Below are positions 18,825 to 28,490 of a DNA stretch of 64,000 bases, in pieces. Both the position numbers and the translations under genes were made by a program. The notes beneath the pieces were generated by a model. The model saw nothing but the letters and a program-made list of their open reading frames with translations, had not been told where the DNA came from and ran no database searches. Numbering within the stretch: position 1 is the stretch's first letter; each line of letters opens with the position of its first letter. This DNA comes from Acidobacteriota bacterium (lineage in GTDB: Bacteria; Acidobacteriota; UBA6911; RPQK01; JAJDTT01), in NCBI GenBank assembly GCA_965209055.1, contig OZ242374.1:1024001-1088000 (forward strand), in the 5' to 3' direction.

Positions 18825-19535
18825 ATGAGGCACACTCTGGAAATGGATCGAGTCAAGAATCTGGTGGTAGCCGAGGACCTCCAGATGGTCTTTCGCATCG
18901 GAAAGATGGAGGTCCCCGCTCTCCGCGGCATCAACCTGAAGGTCCGGACCGGCGAGTTCCTGGCCATCATGGGACCCAGCGGTTGCGGCAAATCCACACT
19001 GCTCCACCTCCTGGGCGGACTCCTGACCCCCTCTTCAGGCCGGATCTGGATCGACGGAGTGGAGATGAGCCTGGTCAGCGATGCGGAAAGGACCGAGATC
19101 CGCAAGATGAAGATCGGATTCGTCTTTCAGCGGTTCAATCTCCTGCCGACCCTGACGGCCCGGCACAACATCGAGCTGGCGTGCCGCATTCATGGCAACG
19201 GCCATCAGAATGAGGCCCGGACCCGAGAAATCTTTAAACTGTTGGGATTGGAGGGCAAGATGGATCACAAGCCCTCCGAGCTCTCAGGGGGCGAACAACA
19301 ACGGATCTCCGTTGCCCGCGCCGTCATCAATCGACCCGCCTTGCTCCTGGCGGATGAGCCCACTGGAAACCTGGATTCCCAGAACTCCGACAACGTGCTC
19401 TCCATCCTGAAAGAGCTGAATCAGCGTTATAACCAGACCATCCTGATGATCACCCACAATCCGGATGCCGCCGCGGCCGCCAGCCGCGTCATCCGGATGA
19501 TGGACGGCCGGCTTGTGAGCTCGGATTCCGAGTAG
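18825..19535 (+). CDS. ABC transporter ATP-binding protein (LolD/MacB-type)
   Basis: [39 protein letters not shown]. Confidence 0.92.
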   Translation: MRHTLEMDRVKNLVVAEDLQMVFRIGKMEVPALRGINLKVRTGEFLAIMGPSGCGKSTLLHLLGGLLTPSSGRIWIDGVEMSLVSDAERTEIRKMKIGFVFQRFNLLPTLTARHNIELACRIHGNGHQNEARTREIFKLLGLEGKMDHKPSELSGGEQQRISVARAVINRPALLLADEPTGNLDSQNSDNVLSILKELNQRYNQTILMITHNPDAAAAASRVIRMMDGRLVSSDSE

Positions 19536-19573
19536 ACTCCGCCGCCGTCGGCTGACCCGGAAGCTCCCCCAAA

Positions 19574-19660
19574 GTAAAGGAGCGGCGATTTCCAATCGCC
19601 GAACTCCATTGTGACAAACCTGGCGACGAAGACTGGGCGATTCGAAATCGCCCCTCCTTT
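19574..19660. repeat. Inverted pair of REP-like palindromes (REPIN-like)
   Basis: AAAGGAGCGGCGATTTCCAATCGCC ... GGCGATTCGAAATCGCCCCTCCTTT between convergent genes. Confidence 0.7.
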
Positions 19661-19663
19661 GTC

Positions 19664-20413
19664 TCAGAACTGAATGACGTTGACGTCGGAAGGCAGCTCC
19701 AGCTCGAACCTGGAAGCCGGCAGATCCAGGTTCAAACGGACGTCTTCGAACCGGATCAGCAGGTAGTCGCGCGTGGGCTCCACCAGCTTCTGCTGAATGG
19801 GGACCCAGAGCCGGCCGTCGACCCAGAGCACGATACGGGAGAAAAAGGCGGAGACCTTGCCGGACCGGGGAGTCAGTTCGAGCGCGTAGGTCTCCCGGCC
19901 GCCGACCATCTCCGGACCCAGCCATCGTATGGAATAGGCATCGCGGAGAGCCTGCTTCTTGGAGGTGAAGCCCAGCAGCAGGAACTCCGCCCGATCCTTT
20001 CTCGCCCCCAGATCGTACCGGTTGGCCTGCTTGAGAAGCGGCTGATAGAAGATCCCTTTCCCGTCATTGATCAAGAGCGTGCTCACGCCCGGCTCCGTGA
20101 TGTCTCTGCGCAGACGGATCGCCTCTTTCTCCCTGAGGAAATGAAATTCGCCCCGCTCTTCCTCGTCGAACTCCTCCAGGATGTCGGTCCATTTCTTCTG
20201 GATGATCCTCGCGCTCATGGATTGGAGATTTCCGCCTCTCCGGTCCATCTTCTCCAGAACCGACTCCAGACCGGGCGCTGCCGGAACCGTCTCCATGGCC
20301 CCCGACGGAAGATCCGTGAAGAATCCCAGAAGCAGAAAGAGGAGGGAGATCCGCGCTGAATCCATTCGTTTCAAGGGGGTGAGATCTCCTGCCTGGAGGA
20401 CGGCAGGACCCAT
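19664..20413 (-). CDS. LolA-like periplasmic lipoprotein carrier protein
   Basis: Signal peptide; LolA-like pattern (SMSARIIQKK, FLLLGF, IVLWVD, FELELPSDV); start may be Met at 20365. Confidence 0.75.
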   Translation of the reverse strand: MGPAVLQAGDLTPLKRMDSARISLLFLLLGFFTDLPSGAMETVPAAPGLESVLEKMDRRGGNLQSMSARIIQKKWTDILEEFDEEERGEFHFLREKEAIRLRRDITEPGVSTLLINDGKGIFYQPLLKQANRYDLGARKDRAEFLLLGFTSKKQALRDAYSIRWLGPEMVGGRETYALELTPRSGKVSAFFSRIVLWVDGRLWVPIQQKLVEPTRDYLLIRFEDVRLNLDLPASRFELELPSDVNVIQF

Positions 20414-21216
20414 TTGTTGAAGGTCTGGACCTGAGATTTCTTCGGATCCGGTACGATCTCCTGCTGATTTTCAGGCTCCTGCCTCTTGGAAAAGAGGGAA
20501 CCGTCGAAGACCGAGCCCGGAGTGAGAAAAATAAAGCCCAGGATCATCACGCAGACCACGTCGTAGCGCCAGGTTCCCCGGACGTACCGCATCGAGCCCG
20601 CAGGCTGCCGGCCCGCGCGCCCCTGACCCGGCTTCGGCTCGGACGGCCTCATCTGGGAGCGGGTGTGGAGAATCCGGTGAATCACCGTCCAGTTTCCGAT
20701 GACGGCGATGGCCCAGAGGACGGGTTCCATGAAATAGAAGGAGCCGATGATGAGCAGAACCAGGCGTTCGGGCCGTTCCAGGAATCCGACCTTGCAACTG
20801 GGGATCAGGCATTCGGCCCGGGCCCTGGTGTAGCTGATCAGTACCGACCCCATCATGGCCACGCTCACCAGGACGACGTAGGTGGACCGGTCCTGCTGGC
20901 CGTAATAAATGATGAGGCCCAGGTAGATGATCAAATCCGAGTAGCGGTCCATCACCGAATCGAAGAAGGCCCCGAATGGAGTCGCGGTGTTGGCGGTCCG
21001 GGCCACCATCCCGTCCACCATGTCGAACAGGCCGGCGAGGATCAGTACCAGGCCGGCGGTAACGAAGTGGCCACTCGCAAAAACGAACGCCGCCCAGATG
21101 CTGGTGATGAACCCCAGAAAGGTGAGGTGATTGGGCTTGACGTGCAATGCCATCAAACACCGCACGATTCCCCTCAGGATGACCTGGGCTCCGTGGCCGA
21201 TGGTTTGCGAAATCAT
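20371..21216 (-). CDS. CDP-alcohol phosphatidyltransferase (PgsA/PI synthase-like)
   Basis: DMVDGMVAR...FGAFFDSVMDRYSD signature; SYTRARAE. Confidence 0.9.
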   Translation of the reverse strand: MISQTIGHGAQVILRGIVRCLMALHVKPNHLTFLGFITSIWAAFVFASGHFVTAGLVLILAGLFDMVDGMVARTANTATPFGAFFDSVMDRYSDLIIYLGLIIYYGQQDRSTYVVLVSVAMMGSVLISYTRARAECLIPSCKVGFLERPERLVLLIIGSFYFMEPVLWAIAVIGNWTVIHRILHTRSQMRPSEPKPGQGRAGRQPAGSMRYVRGTWRYDVVCVMILGFIFLTPGSVFDGSLFSKRQEPENQQEIVPDPKKSQVQTFNKWVLPSSRQEISPP

Positions 21217-21232
21217 GGATTCTCTCCCCGAC

Positions 21233-22537
21233 TCAGAACAGCTTGAATCGGATGGTCAGGAACTTCTTGGGATCCTGCCGGAAGTCATGGATCAACTTCA
21301 CCATTTCCGAAGTCAGATGATTCAGATTCTCGTAAAGCGCCTCGTCCTTCGCCAACCGTCCCAGGGTTCCCTCACCGTCCTGAATGGCCTCCAGGAACAC
21401 CGCCATCTGGTCCATGGTTCGGCGCAGGTCCACATAGAGTTGATCATCCCTTGACAGTTTGCCCAGAGTGCCCTCTCCCGCTTCCATGCGCTGGGTAATG
21501 GATTTGAGACTCGCCGTCGTCTGTTCGATGCTGTCGTAGAGCGAGGGGTCCTTCGAGAGCTTGCCCAGAGTGCCCTCCCCCTGCTCGACTCGCCTGACGA
21601 TTTCATCCATCCGGGCGGAAATGCCCCGGATGCTCTGGTAGATGTCATCCTCACGAATCAGGCTGGGAACGGTTCCCGGCCCTTCGATGAGACGCTCAGT
21701 GAGTATGGCCACCCTTTCGCTGGTCTGCTGGAACAAGGCCATGATCCTGTTGATGTTGTTGAAGAATTCGGGATTGGTCAGAAACTGGCCGACGGTACCC
21801 TCTCCTCTTCCCAATCCCCCCATGATTTCTTCCAACCGTCCTGACAGGGCCTCCACGTTGACCAGCACGTCGTTGGCTCCGAGGATCAGTTCCCTGAAAC
21901 CGGGCTCGGTGGAACCGGTGATCACCACGACCTCGTCGGTCTCCACGCCGAACCAGGTCTCGAATTCCTCTTCGACCACCAGCGGGGGCTCATCGGACCG
22001 CCCCAGCGACACCTCCACGTACTTGTCGCCAAGCAGCCCGATGGACCCCAGCGAGATGTTGCTGTCGCGCTGGACCCAGACCCGGTATTCCTGCTTGATG
22101 TCCAGGTAGACCTCCACGTTCTGGAGCCGCCACCGGACCCTGTCGATCCCGGACTGGAGCTGCTTGAGACGCTCATCGTCGGGAGGCTGCTTGCGCCGCT
22201 CTTCCTCCGCCAGTCTTTCCAGTTCGTCGATCTCCGCCAAGGTGAGCCGGTTCGTCTCGGTCGGGGGCATCTCGCCCGGCTTGGAGATCTTGATCCGCGA
22301 GACGTTGCCCGCTTCGACGCCGCCGATGAGGACGATGTCCGACGGTTTCAGCCCCGCAGTGTCGTTGAGGTAGGTCTTGGCTCGAAACGTCTCCTCCAAA
22401 AGGCCGACCCGGGTGCCGATGTTGAAGACGGCCAGACCCAGAATCGCCATGGTGACGACGGCGAAAAGCCCGACTTTGAGTTCGGCGAGACGGGTCGGTC
22501 TGCCTCTGTCTCTACCTCTACGCATGCTGATCACCAC
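21233..22537 (-). CDS. mlaD: MlaD/MCE-family substrate-binding protein
   Basis: N-terminal TM, GLKPSDIVLIGGVEAGNV, GLLGDKYVEV, repeated GEGTLGKL helical units. Confidence 0.85.
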   Translation of the reverse strand: MVISMRRGRDRGRPTRLAELKVGLFAVVTMAILGLAVFNIGTRVGLLEETFRAKTYLNDTAGLKPSDIVLIGGVEAGNVSRIKISKPGEMPPTETNRLTLAEIDELERLAEEERRKQPPDDERLKQLQSGIDRVRWRLQNVEVYLDIKQEYRVWVQRDSNISLGSIGLLGDKYVEVSLGRSDEPPLVVEEEFETWFGVETDEVVVITGSTEPGFRELILGANDVLVNVEALSGRLEEIMGGLGRGEGTVGQFLTNPEFFNNINRIMALFQQTSERVAILTERLIEGPGTVPSLIREDDIYQSIRGISARMDEIVRRVEQGEGTLGKLSKDPSLYDSIEQTTASLKSITQRMEAGEGTLGKLSRDDQLYVDLRRTMDQMAVFLEAIQDGEGTLGRLAKDEALYENLNHLTSEMVKLIHDFRQDPKKFLTIRFKLF

Positions 22538-22590
22538 GGCTCCTCAAACCCCAACACACCTGGACTTCACGGTGGAAGTCCAGGGGAGCA

Positions 22591-23379
22591 TCAGGCCAGG
22601 AACTCACGGACGTACTCGTCGCCCCCCTCCCGGGAGGGGTCTCCCCCCTCATAGTGGATTCGTCCATCCTTGATCATGACGAATCGAGTGTTCCGCAATG
22701 TCGTCTCCGGGTCCACCGGCTTGAAGTCGACGGTACCATCCGGCGCCTTCGTGGACACTTCCCCCGAAAGGGCGCGAACCGCCTGCAGGTCGTTGGTGAC
22801 CAAAATCCCGGTTACGCCCTCCAGGTCCCGCAATCTCATGATGAGCTCGCAGGTGATTCTGCTGGTGATGGGATCGAGCCCTGCCGTCGGCTCATCGTAG
22901 AGCATGATCCTCGGGCTGCCCATCAAGGCCCGGGCGATGGCCACGCGCCTCTTCATTCCCCCCGACAGCTCGGTGGGCATCTTGTCGATGGCGTTCTGCA
23001 ATCCCACGAATCCCAGGAGCCGGTACACCCAGTCGTCGATCTGATCCATGGTATACCCGTCGGACTCAAGGACCCGGTAGGCCACATTCTCCCAGACCGT
23101 CAGGGAGTCGAAGAGAGCTCCCTCCTGGAATACGATGCCGATTTTCCGGCGAATCGGCATCAAGTCATCCTCGCGAAGCCGCGTGATCTCCTCGCCGTCC
23201 ACGAACACGGACCCGGAATCGGGGCTGACCAGGCCCACCACCATTTTGAGGATGGTCGATTTCCCCGACCCCGATCCTCCCAGCAGGACCATGGTTTCGC
23301 CCCGGCGCACCTCCATGTCGAAATCTTCGAGCACCGTATGATCCTCGTATTTCTTGGTGACGTTCTCGAAGCGGATCAC
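22591..23379 (-). CDS. mlaF: MlaF-family ABC ATPase
   Basis: GGSGSGKST, FQEGALFDSL, LSGGMKRRVAIARA, YDEPTAGLDP; start trimmed to GTG 23379. Confidence 0.9.
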   Translation of the reverse strand: MIRFENVTKKYEDHTVLEDFDMEVRRGETMVLLGGSGSGKSTILKMVVGLVSPDSGSVFVDGEEITRLREDDLMPIRRKIGIVFQEGALFDSLTVWENVAYRVLESDGYTMDQIDDWVYRLLGFVGLQNAIDKMPTELSGGMKRRVAIARALMGSPRIMLYDEPTAGLDPITSRITCELIMRLRDLEGVTGILVTNDLQAVRALSGEVSTKAPDGTVDFKPVDPETTLRNTRFVMIKDGRIHYEGGDPSREGGDEYVREFLA

Positions 23380-23381
23380 AC

Positions 23382-24146
23382 TCAATGCCACAACTCCAGA
23401 ATGAGCTTGCCCAGGAAAAAATCGGCCACGATGACCAGGATGGAGGCCGTCACGACAGCCTGCGTCGTATTGCGTCCGACGCCCCTGGTTCCGCCCCGGG
23501 TTCCCAAGCCGTAGTAGCAACCCACGGAGCCGACGATGAAGCCGAACACGACCGGTTTCATCAGACCCTCCAGCACGACATTGTAGTCGATGGCTCTAAA
23601 GGCCGTATTCCAATAGAGGGCCGTATTCAAGCGGAGATTGTAGAACGACACGATCCACCCGCCGACCAACCCGAATACGTCCGCGATCACGGTCAAGAGG
23701 GGCACCATGGTGGTGCAGGCGATGACACGTGGAGTCACCAGCTTTTTCACAGGATCCGTTCCGAGGGCCCGCATGGCGCTGATCTGCTCCGTCACCACCA
23801 TGGATCCCAATTCCGATGCGATGCCTGAACCGGCCCGGCCGGCCAACATCAATGCCGTCAACACGGGACCCATTTCCCGGATCAACGACAGGGAGATCAG
23901 TTGCCCCATGAGATTCACGGCGCCGAACGCCTTCAGAGATTTCGAAGTCTGCAGGGCCAGGACGCCGCCGGTGAAAAAGCCGACCAGGACCACGATCAGG
24001 ACCGACCGGACCCCGATCGTCTCCATCTGCTGGAACGTATCCTGGATGTAGCGTGGACGGCGGAAGATGTTGGTGACGCTTCGGATCGTAAGGGTGACGT
24101 ACTCCTCAACCTCGTACAGGATCTTGTAGAGGAAATCCATGGTCAT
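23382..24146 (-). CDS. mlaE: MlaE-family ABC permease
   Basis: REMGPVL, GRAGSGIASELGSMVVTEQISAM, GVGRNTTQAVV. Confidence 0.92.
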   Translation of the reverse strand: MTMDFLYKILYEVEEYVTLTIRSVTNIFRRPRYIQDTFQQMETIGVRSVLIVVLVGFFTGGVLALQTSKSLKAFGAVNLMGQLISLSLIREMGPVLTALMLAGRAGSGIASELGSMVVTEQISAMRALGTDPVKKLVTPRVIACTTMVPLLTVIADVFGLVGGWIVSFYNLRLNTALYWNTAFRAIDYNVVLEGLMKPVVFGFIVGSVGCYYGLGTRGGTRGVGRNTTQAVVTASILVIVADFFLGKLILELWH

Positions 24147-24333
24147 CCTCGGCCCCGGCCGCTCCCGCCGGCGGTTTGCGGATAAATGTTAGACTATGAG
24201 GCCTCCGCAGTGCGGAGACCGCTGCCATCAGGGGCAGCCGGAAGCGGGCCGAAAAAGCCCGGAGAGTCTACCAGAGAGGGCGTTCCGCTTCCAAGCAACG
24301 TCTTTAGTAACAGCAGGTTCCGGATAACACATC

Positions 24334-25503
24334 ATGTTGCGATTTCTGACTTCCGGCGAGTCTCACGGCAAGGGTCTCATCTCCAACATAGAGGGTTTTC
24401 CGGCCCAGGTTCCCGTCGACGTGGATTTCATCAACGCCGATCTGCGGCGGCGCATGAGTGGATACGGGCGGGGCCTCCGCATGAAGATAGAGAGCGACCA
24501 GGTGGACATTTTCGCGGGTGTCCGCAACGGCGAGACGCTGGGGTCGCCCATCGCCTTCATCATCCACAACCGGGACTGGGTCAATTGGACCGAGGTCATG
24601 AGCGTGGAACCCAATCCCGAGGGCGTCCGCAAGCGGCAGGTCACGCGGCCGCGTCCGGGACACGCCGATCTCGTGGGGGCCTTGAAATACCAGTTCAGGG
24701 ACATGCGCAACGTCCTGGAACGTTCCAGCGCGCGCGAAACCGCCTCCCGGGTGGCGGTCGGGGCCTTCTGCAAGCTGCTGCTCCGTGAACTGGGCATCCA
24801 GGTTTACAGCCACGTCATTTCGATTCGGAACGTTCGGATCTCGGACGAACTTCTGGACTCGGTGTCCATCGATCTGATCCCCCAGATCGAGTCCTCGGAC
24901 CTGCGCTGCTGCGACCCGGATCTGGACGATGCCATGAAGGCGGCCGTGGACGACGCCATCGACCGGGGAGACACCTTGGGCGGAACCTTCGAAGTCCGCG
25001 CCGCCGGAGTTCCTCCGGGCCTGGGCAGCCATGTCCACTGGGACCGGAAACTGGACGGACGGCTCGCCCAGGCCCTCATGTCCATCAACGCCATCAAGGC
25101 CGTGGAAACCGGCAGCGGCTTGGAAAAGGCTCCCATGGGCAGCGAATTCCACGACGAGATCTTCTACGACGATGAGAAAAGGGAGTTCTACAGGAAGACC
25201 AACCGGGCCGGCGGCATCGAGGGTGGGACTTCCAACGGCCAGGAGATCATCGTTCGGGCCGTGGTCAAACCCATCGCCACCCTGAAGCGGCCGCTGATGT
25301 CGGTGAACCTGGAGACCAAGGAAGCCTTCAAGGCCCAGTACGAGCGGTCGGACACCTGCGTCGTTCCCGCAGCCGGAGTCATCGGCGAAGCCATGGTGGC
25401 CATCGTGCTGGTCCAGGCGATTCAGGAGAAGTTCGGCGGAGACAACCTGTCCGAACTCAAGAACAACCTGGAGAGCTTCCGTGAGCGGGTGCGGGCCATG
25501 TGA
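24334..25503 (+). CDS. aroC: Chorismate synthase
   Basis: TSGESHG, RPGHAD, ERSSARETA, NRAGGIEGG, ERSD. Confidence 0.97.
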   Translation: MLRFLTSGESHGKGLISNIEGFPAQVPVDVDFINADLRRRMSGYGRGLRMKIESDQVDIFAGVRNGETLGSPIAFIIHNRDWVNWTEVMSVEPNPEGVRKRQVTRPRPGHADLVGALKYQFRDMRNVLERSSARETASRVAVGAFCKLLLRELGIQVYSHVISIRNVRISDELLDSVSIDLIPQIESSDLRCCDPDLDDAMKAAVDDAIDRGDTLGGTFEVRAAGVPPGLGSHVHWDRKLDGRLAQALMSINAIKAVETGSGLEKAPMGSEFHDEIFYDDEKREFYRKTNRAGGIEGGTSNGQEIIVRAVVKPIATLKRPLMSVNLETKEAFKAQYERSDTCVVPAAGVIGEAMVAIVLVQAIQEKFGGDNLSELKNNLESFRERVRAM

Positions 25504-25524
25504 CCCGCGTTCCTGGAACTCGGA

Positions 25525-26034
25525 ATGATCAGACCCATCCTCAAGTTCGGGGCTCCCGAACTTCAGCGCGAGAGTGAACCGGTCGAGACCTTCGACGGGA
25601 AACTGCGGGATCTGGCCCGGGACTTGCTGGAGACCATGTACGCCGCCCCCGGAATCGGCTTGGCGGCCCCGCAGGTGGGGGTCAACCTCCGGCTCCTGGT
25701 CGTGGATATCAGCGCCGGGGAAGAGAAAGGGAACCAGATCGTTCTGGTCAATCCGGAGATCCTCGAGACTGAGGGGGAGCAGAAGGGGGAGGAGGGGTGC
25801 CTCAGCATCCCCGGATTCACCGCCATGGTGGACCGGCCGCAGCGGATTCGAATCGCCGGGCAGGACACCCGGGGCCGTCGGGTCGAAGTGGAGGCCCAGG
25901 ATCTTCTGGCCCGGGCCCTATGCCATGAGGTAGACCACCTGGACGGCGTTCTCTATCTGGACCGGATTTCATTCTTCAAACGAGACCTGATCAAGCGCAA
26001 GATCCGGAAGCTGACCCGCTCCGGGGACTGGTGA
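25525..26034 (+). CDS. def: Peptide deformylase
   Basis: GIGLAAPQVG, EGCLS, HEVDHL. Confidence 0.97.
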   Translation: MIRPILKFGAPELQRESEPVETFDGKLRDLARDLLETMYAAPGIGLAAPQVGVNLRLLVVDISAGEEKGNQIVLVNPEILETEGEQKGEEGCLSIPGFTAMVDRPQRIRIAGQDTRGRRVEVEAQDLLARALCHEVDHLDGVLYLDRISFFKRDLIKRKIRKLTRSGDW

Positions 26035-26993
26035 TGCGGGTCCTGTTTCTGGGCACGCCCGATTTCGCACGGACGTTTCTCGAGGCATTGGCTCAGAATC
26101 AAACCCGCCTCGGCCTGCAGTTGGCCGGCGTCGTCACTCAGCCGGACCGAAAAAGCGGCCGGGGACGCAAGCTGTCGCCGCCGCCCGTCAAGGTCGCCGC
26201 CCTTCAGTTCGGCCTGCCGATCTTCCAGTGCGCCAGAATCCGTGGAGACGCCGAGGCCCTGGAATTCCTCCGGCAAGCTCGGCCCGACGTCATGGTGATC
26301 GTCGCCTTCGGACAGATTCTTCCCCGCGAGTTCTTCGCCCGGCCCCGTTTCGGCAGCCTCAATGTCCACACCTCCCTCCTGCCCCGATACCGCGGCGCCG
26401 CCCCCGTCGTCCACGCCATCCTGAACGGAGAGAAGGAGACCGGGGTGACCATCATGAAGTTGGACGAGGGCATGGATACCGGTGACGTGCTGGCTCAATC
26501 CACGACCCCCATCGGACCCGACGTCACATCGGGGGATCTGGAACGGCAACTCTCACGGCAGGGTGTCGAACTCCTGCTCGGGACCCTGCCCTCCTACCTC
26601 TCGGGCGAGCTCCAGGCGCGCCCCCAGGACCATGAGCAAGCGACTCTCGCCCCTCTCATCCGGAAAGACGACGCGCGGATCGACTGGACCCAGCCGGCAT
26701 GCCGGATCCATGACCAGATCCGCGCCTTCAATCCCCGGCCCGGCGCCTTCACCTGTTTTCGCGGGGAGCGCCTGAAGATCTGGCGAAGCCGCAATCCACA
26801 CGCCTCCGCCTTCCCGGTCCCGGTCGGCCGGATTCGCGCCACCGGCAAGGGCTCCATTCTGGTGGGATGCGGACAAGGCACCTCGCTGGAACTCGTGGAA
26901 CTCCAGTTGGCCAACCGCGGGCGCGTGCGGGCCCGGGACTTCGCCAACGGGATGAAACTGAGGTCGGGAGAACGCCTGGGAGTTGGCGGGTGA
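26031..26993 (+). CDS. fmt: Methionyl-tRNA formyltransferase
   Basis: FLGTPDFA, TQPDR, NVHTSLLPRYRGAAP, DEGMDTG. Confidence 0.96.
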   Translation: MMRVLFLGTPDFARTFLEALAQNQTRLGLQLAGVVTQPDRKSGRGRKLSPPPVKVAALQFGLPIFQCARIRGDAEALEFLRQARPDVMVIVAFGQILPREFFARPRFGSLNVHTSLLPRYRGAAPVVHAILNGEKETGVTIMKLDEGMDTGDVLAQSTTPIGPDVTSGDLERQLSRQGVELLLGTLPSYLSGELQARPQDHEQATLAPLIRKDDARIDWTQPACRIHDQIRAFNPRPGAFTCFRGERLKIWRSRNPHASAFPVPVGRIRATGKGSILVGCGQGTSLELVELQLANRGRVRARDFANGMKLRSGERLGVGG

Positions 26994-28300
26994 AGCCCAC
27001 GGCCAGGTCGGTGGCCCTGCGGGTGCTCCTGGGCAGTGGCGGCGGCCGCCGGGTCTCCCTGGAAACCCATTTCGAATCCTCCGATTTCGGTGTTCTGCCG
27101 GACCGCGATCGGCGGCTGGCGACGGAGCTGGTCTACGGCGTCCTGCGAAACCGCTCCCTCCTGGACCATCAACTGGATGGTTTGCTGGAGCGTTCCCGCG
27201 CCGGCCTGGATCCGGAAGTGCTCCAGGTATTGCGTGTGGGACTGTTTCAACTCAACCATCTGAGGATCCCGGAGCGGGCGGCGGTCCATGAGTCGGTCCG
27301 GCTCTGCCGGGAATTCCGCAAGGCCTCCGCCGCGCCTCTGGTCAACGCCGTCCTCCGCCGTTTTCTGCGCGACCGGCCCGCCGCTCCAAATTCCGGCGAC
27401 ACCCGGAGTCTGTCCATCCGCTACAGCCACCCCGAATGGCTTGTCCGCCGATACCTCTCAAGATACGGGTCCGAGGGCGCGCGGACGATTCTGGAGCGAA
27501 ACAACCGCCCGCCGGCGCTGCATCTTTGGGTCAATCCATTCCGGACGACGCGGACGAGCTTCTGCCGGCGGCTGGACCGGGAAGGCGTCCCTTTTCAACC
27601 TCATCCCCGCCTTCCCCATTGCGTCCGGGTGAAATCCAGGTCATTCGTCCGGCATCCCCTCTATCGCCGGGGCCACTGCTTCCTGATGAGTCCGGCCAGT
27701 CAGGAGGTCGCTCAACTCGGCGACCTCAGCGGGTGCCGGACACTGGGCGATTTCTGCGCAGCTCCCGGGGGAAAGTCCTTCATTCTTCAGGCCCGCAAGA
27801 GATCCCGCGCCCGCCTGATCTCCTGCGACCTCAGCTGGTCCCGCCTGCGTCAGATGAAGGCCAAGGCCGGACTCTACCGGATCCCACAGCTTGGGGCCGT
27901 TCAGGCCGATCTGGTCCATCCCCCGTTCCGGAGCCATTTCGACTTCATCCTGCTGGACGTCCCCTGCACCGGGACCGCCACCCTGAGGGCCAATCCGGAC
28001 ATTCGGTGGCGGCTGGCCGAGGAAGACGTCCGACGATTGTCCCGGATTCAGCGCGCCCTCTTGCGGAGCAGTTTTCGAATGCTGCGCCCCGGAGGGCAGT
28101 TGGTCTACGCCACCTGTTCCACCGAGCCGGAGGAGAACCTTGAGGTGGTGGAGACTCTGCTCAACTCGGAACCGGAGGCCAAATTGGTGCGGCAGCCGGA
28201 GGAGGACTTCCTGAAGCGCGAGGCCTTCTTCGCCGCGTGGCTGGTGCGGACAGGAGGGGGGACTGTCAGTCTCCCCGTGACTCGCGGAATCGGGGGTTGA
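26990..28300 (+). CDS. rsmB: 16S rRNA m5C967 methyltransferase RsmB/Sun
   Basis: NusB-like N-terminus (ATELVYGVLR), CAAPGGK, LDVPCTG, YATCS; GTG start overlapping the fmt stop. Confidence 0.9.
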   Translation: MKPTARSVALRVLLGSGGGRRVSLETHFESSDFGVLPDRDRRLATELVYGVLRNRSLLDHQLDGLLERSRAGLDPEVLQVLRVGLFQLNHLRIPERAAVHESVRLCREFRKASAAPLVNAVLRRFLRDRPAAPNSGDTRSLSIRYSHPEWLVRRYLSRYGSEGARTILERNNRPPALHLWVNPFRTTRTSFCRRLDREGVPFQPHPRLPHCVRVKSRSFVRHPLYRRGHCFLMSPASQEVAQLGDLSGCRTLGDFCAAPGGKSFILQARKRSRARLISCDLSWSRLRQMKAKAGLYRIPQLGAVQADLVHPPFRSHFDFILLDVPCTGTATLRANPDIRWRLAEEDVRRLSRIQRALLRSSFRMLRPGGQLVYATCSTEPEENLEVVETLLNSEPEAKLVRQPEEDFLKREAFFAAWLVRTGGGTVSLPVTRGIGG

Positions 28301-28314
28301 AGACCGCCGCTCCC
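28252..28314. repeat. REP-like palindromes overlapping the rsmB 3' end
   Basis: GGAGGGGGGACTGTCAGTCTCCCC and GGGGGTTGAAGACCGCCGCTCCC resemble the other REP-like units in the window. Confidence 0.45.
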
Positions 28315-28348
28315 AACCTCACGCGGTCACACGCTCGTTGGTCTGGAG

Positions 28349-28428
28349 TTCGGCGACAAGGATGTCGCCGCTCCATTCGGCGACAGGAATGTCGCCGCTC
28401 CGTTCGGCGACAGGAATGTCGTCGCTCC
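28349..28428. repeat. Three tandem 27-bp palindromic repeats
   Basis: Unit TTCGGCGACA(A/G)GA(A)TGTCGCCGCTCC(A/G), each with a CGGCGACA/TGTCGCCG stem, no unique spacers. Confidence 0.85.
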
Positions 28429-28490
28429 CAGCGGTTGGAGTCACCCCTGGCGGTGTGGTAGCGTGTTTGCTCCGCAGATAGATACCGCTC

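Noticed and set aside
28349-28428. Palindromic 27-bp repeats as a CRISPR array
   Set aside because: Repeats are head-to-tail with no unique spacers, no cas genes are in the window, and the unit matches the REP-like family at 63876-63921
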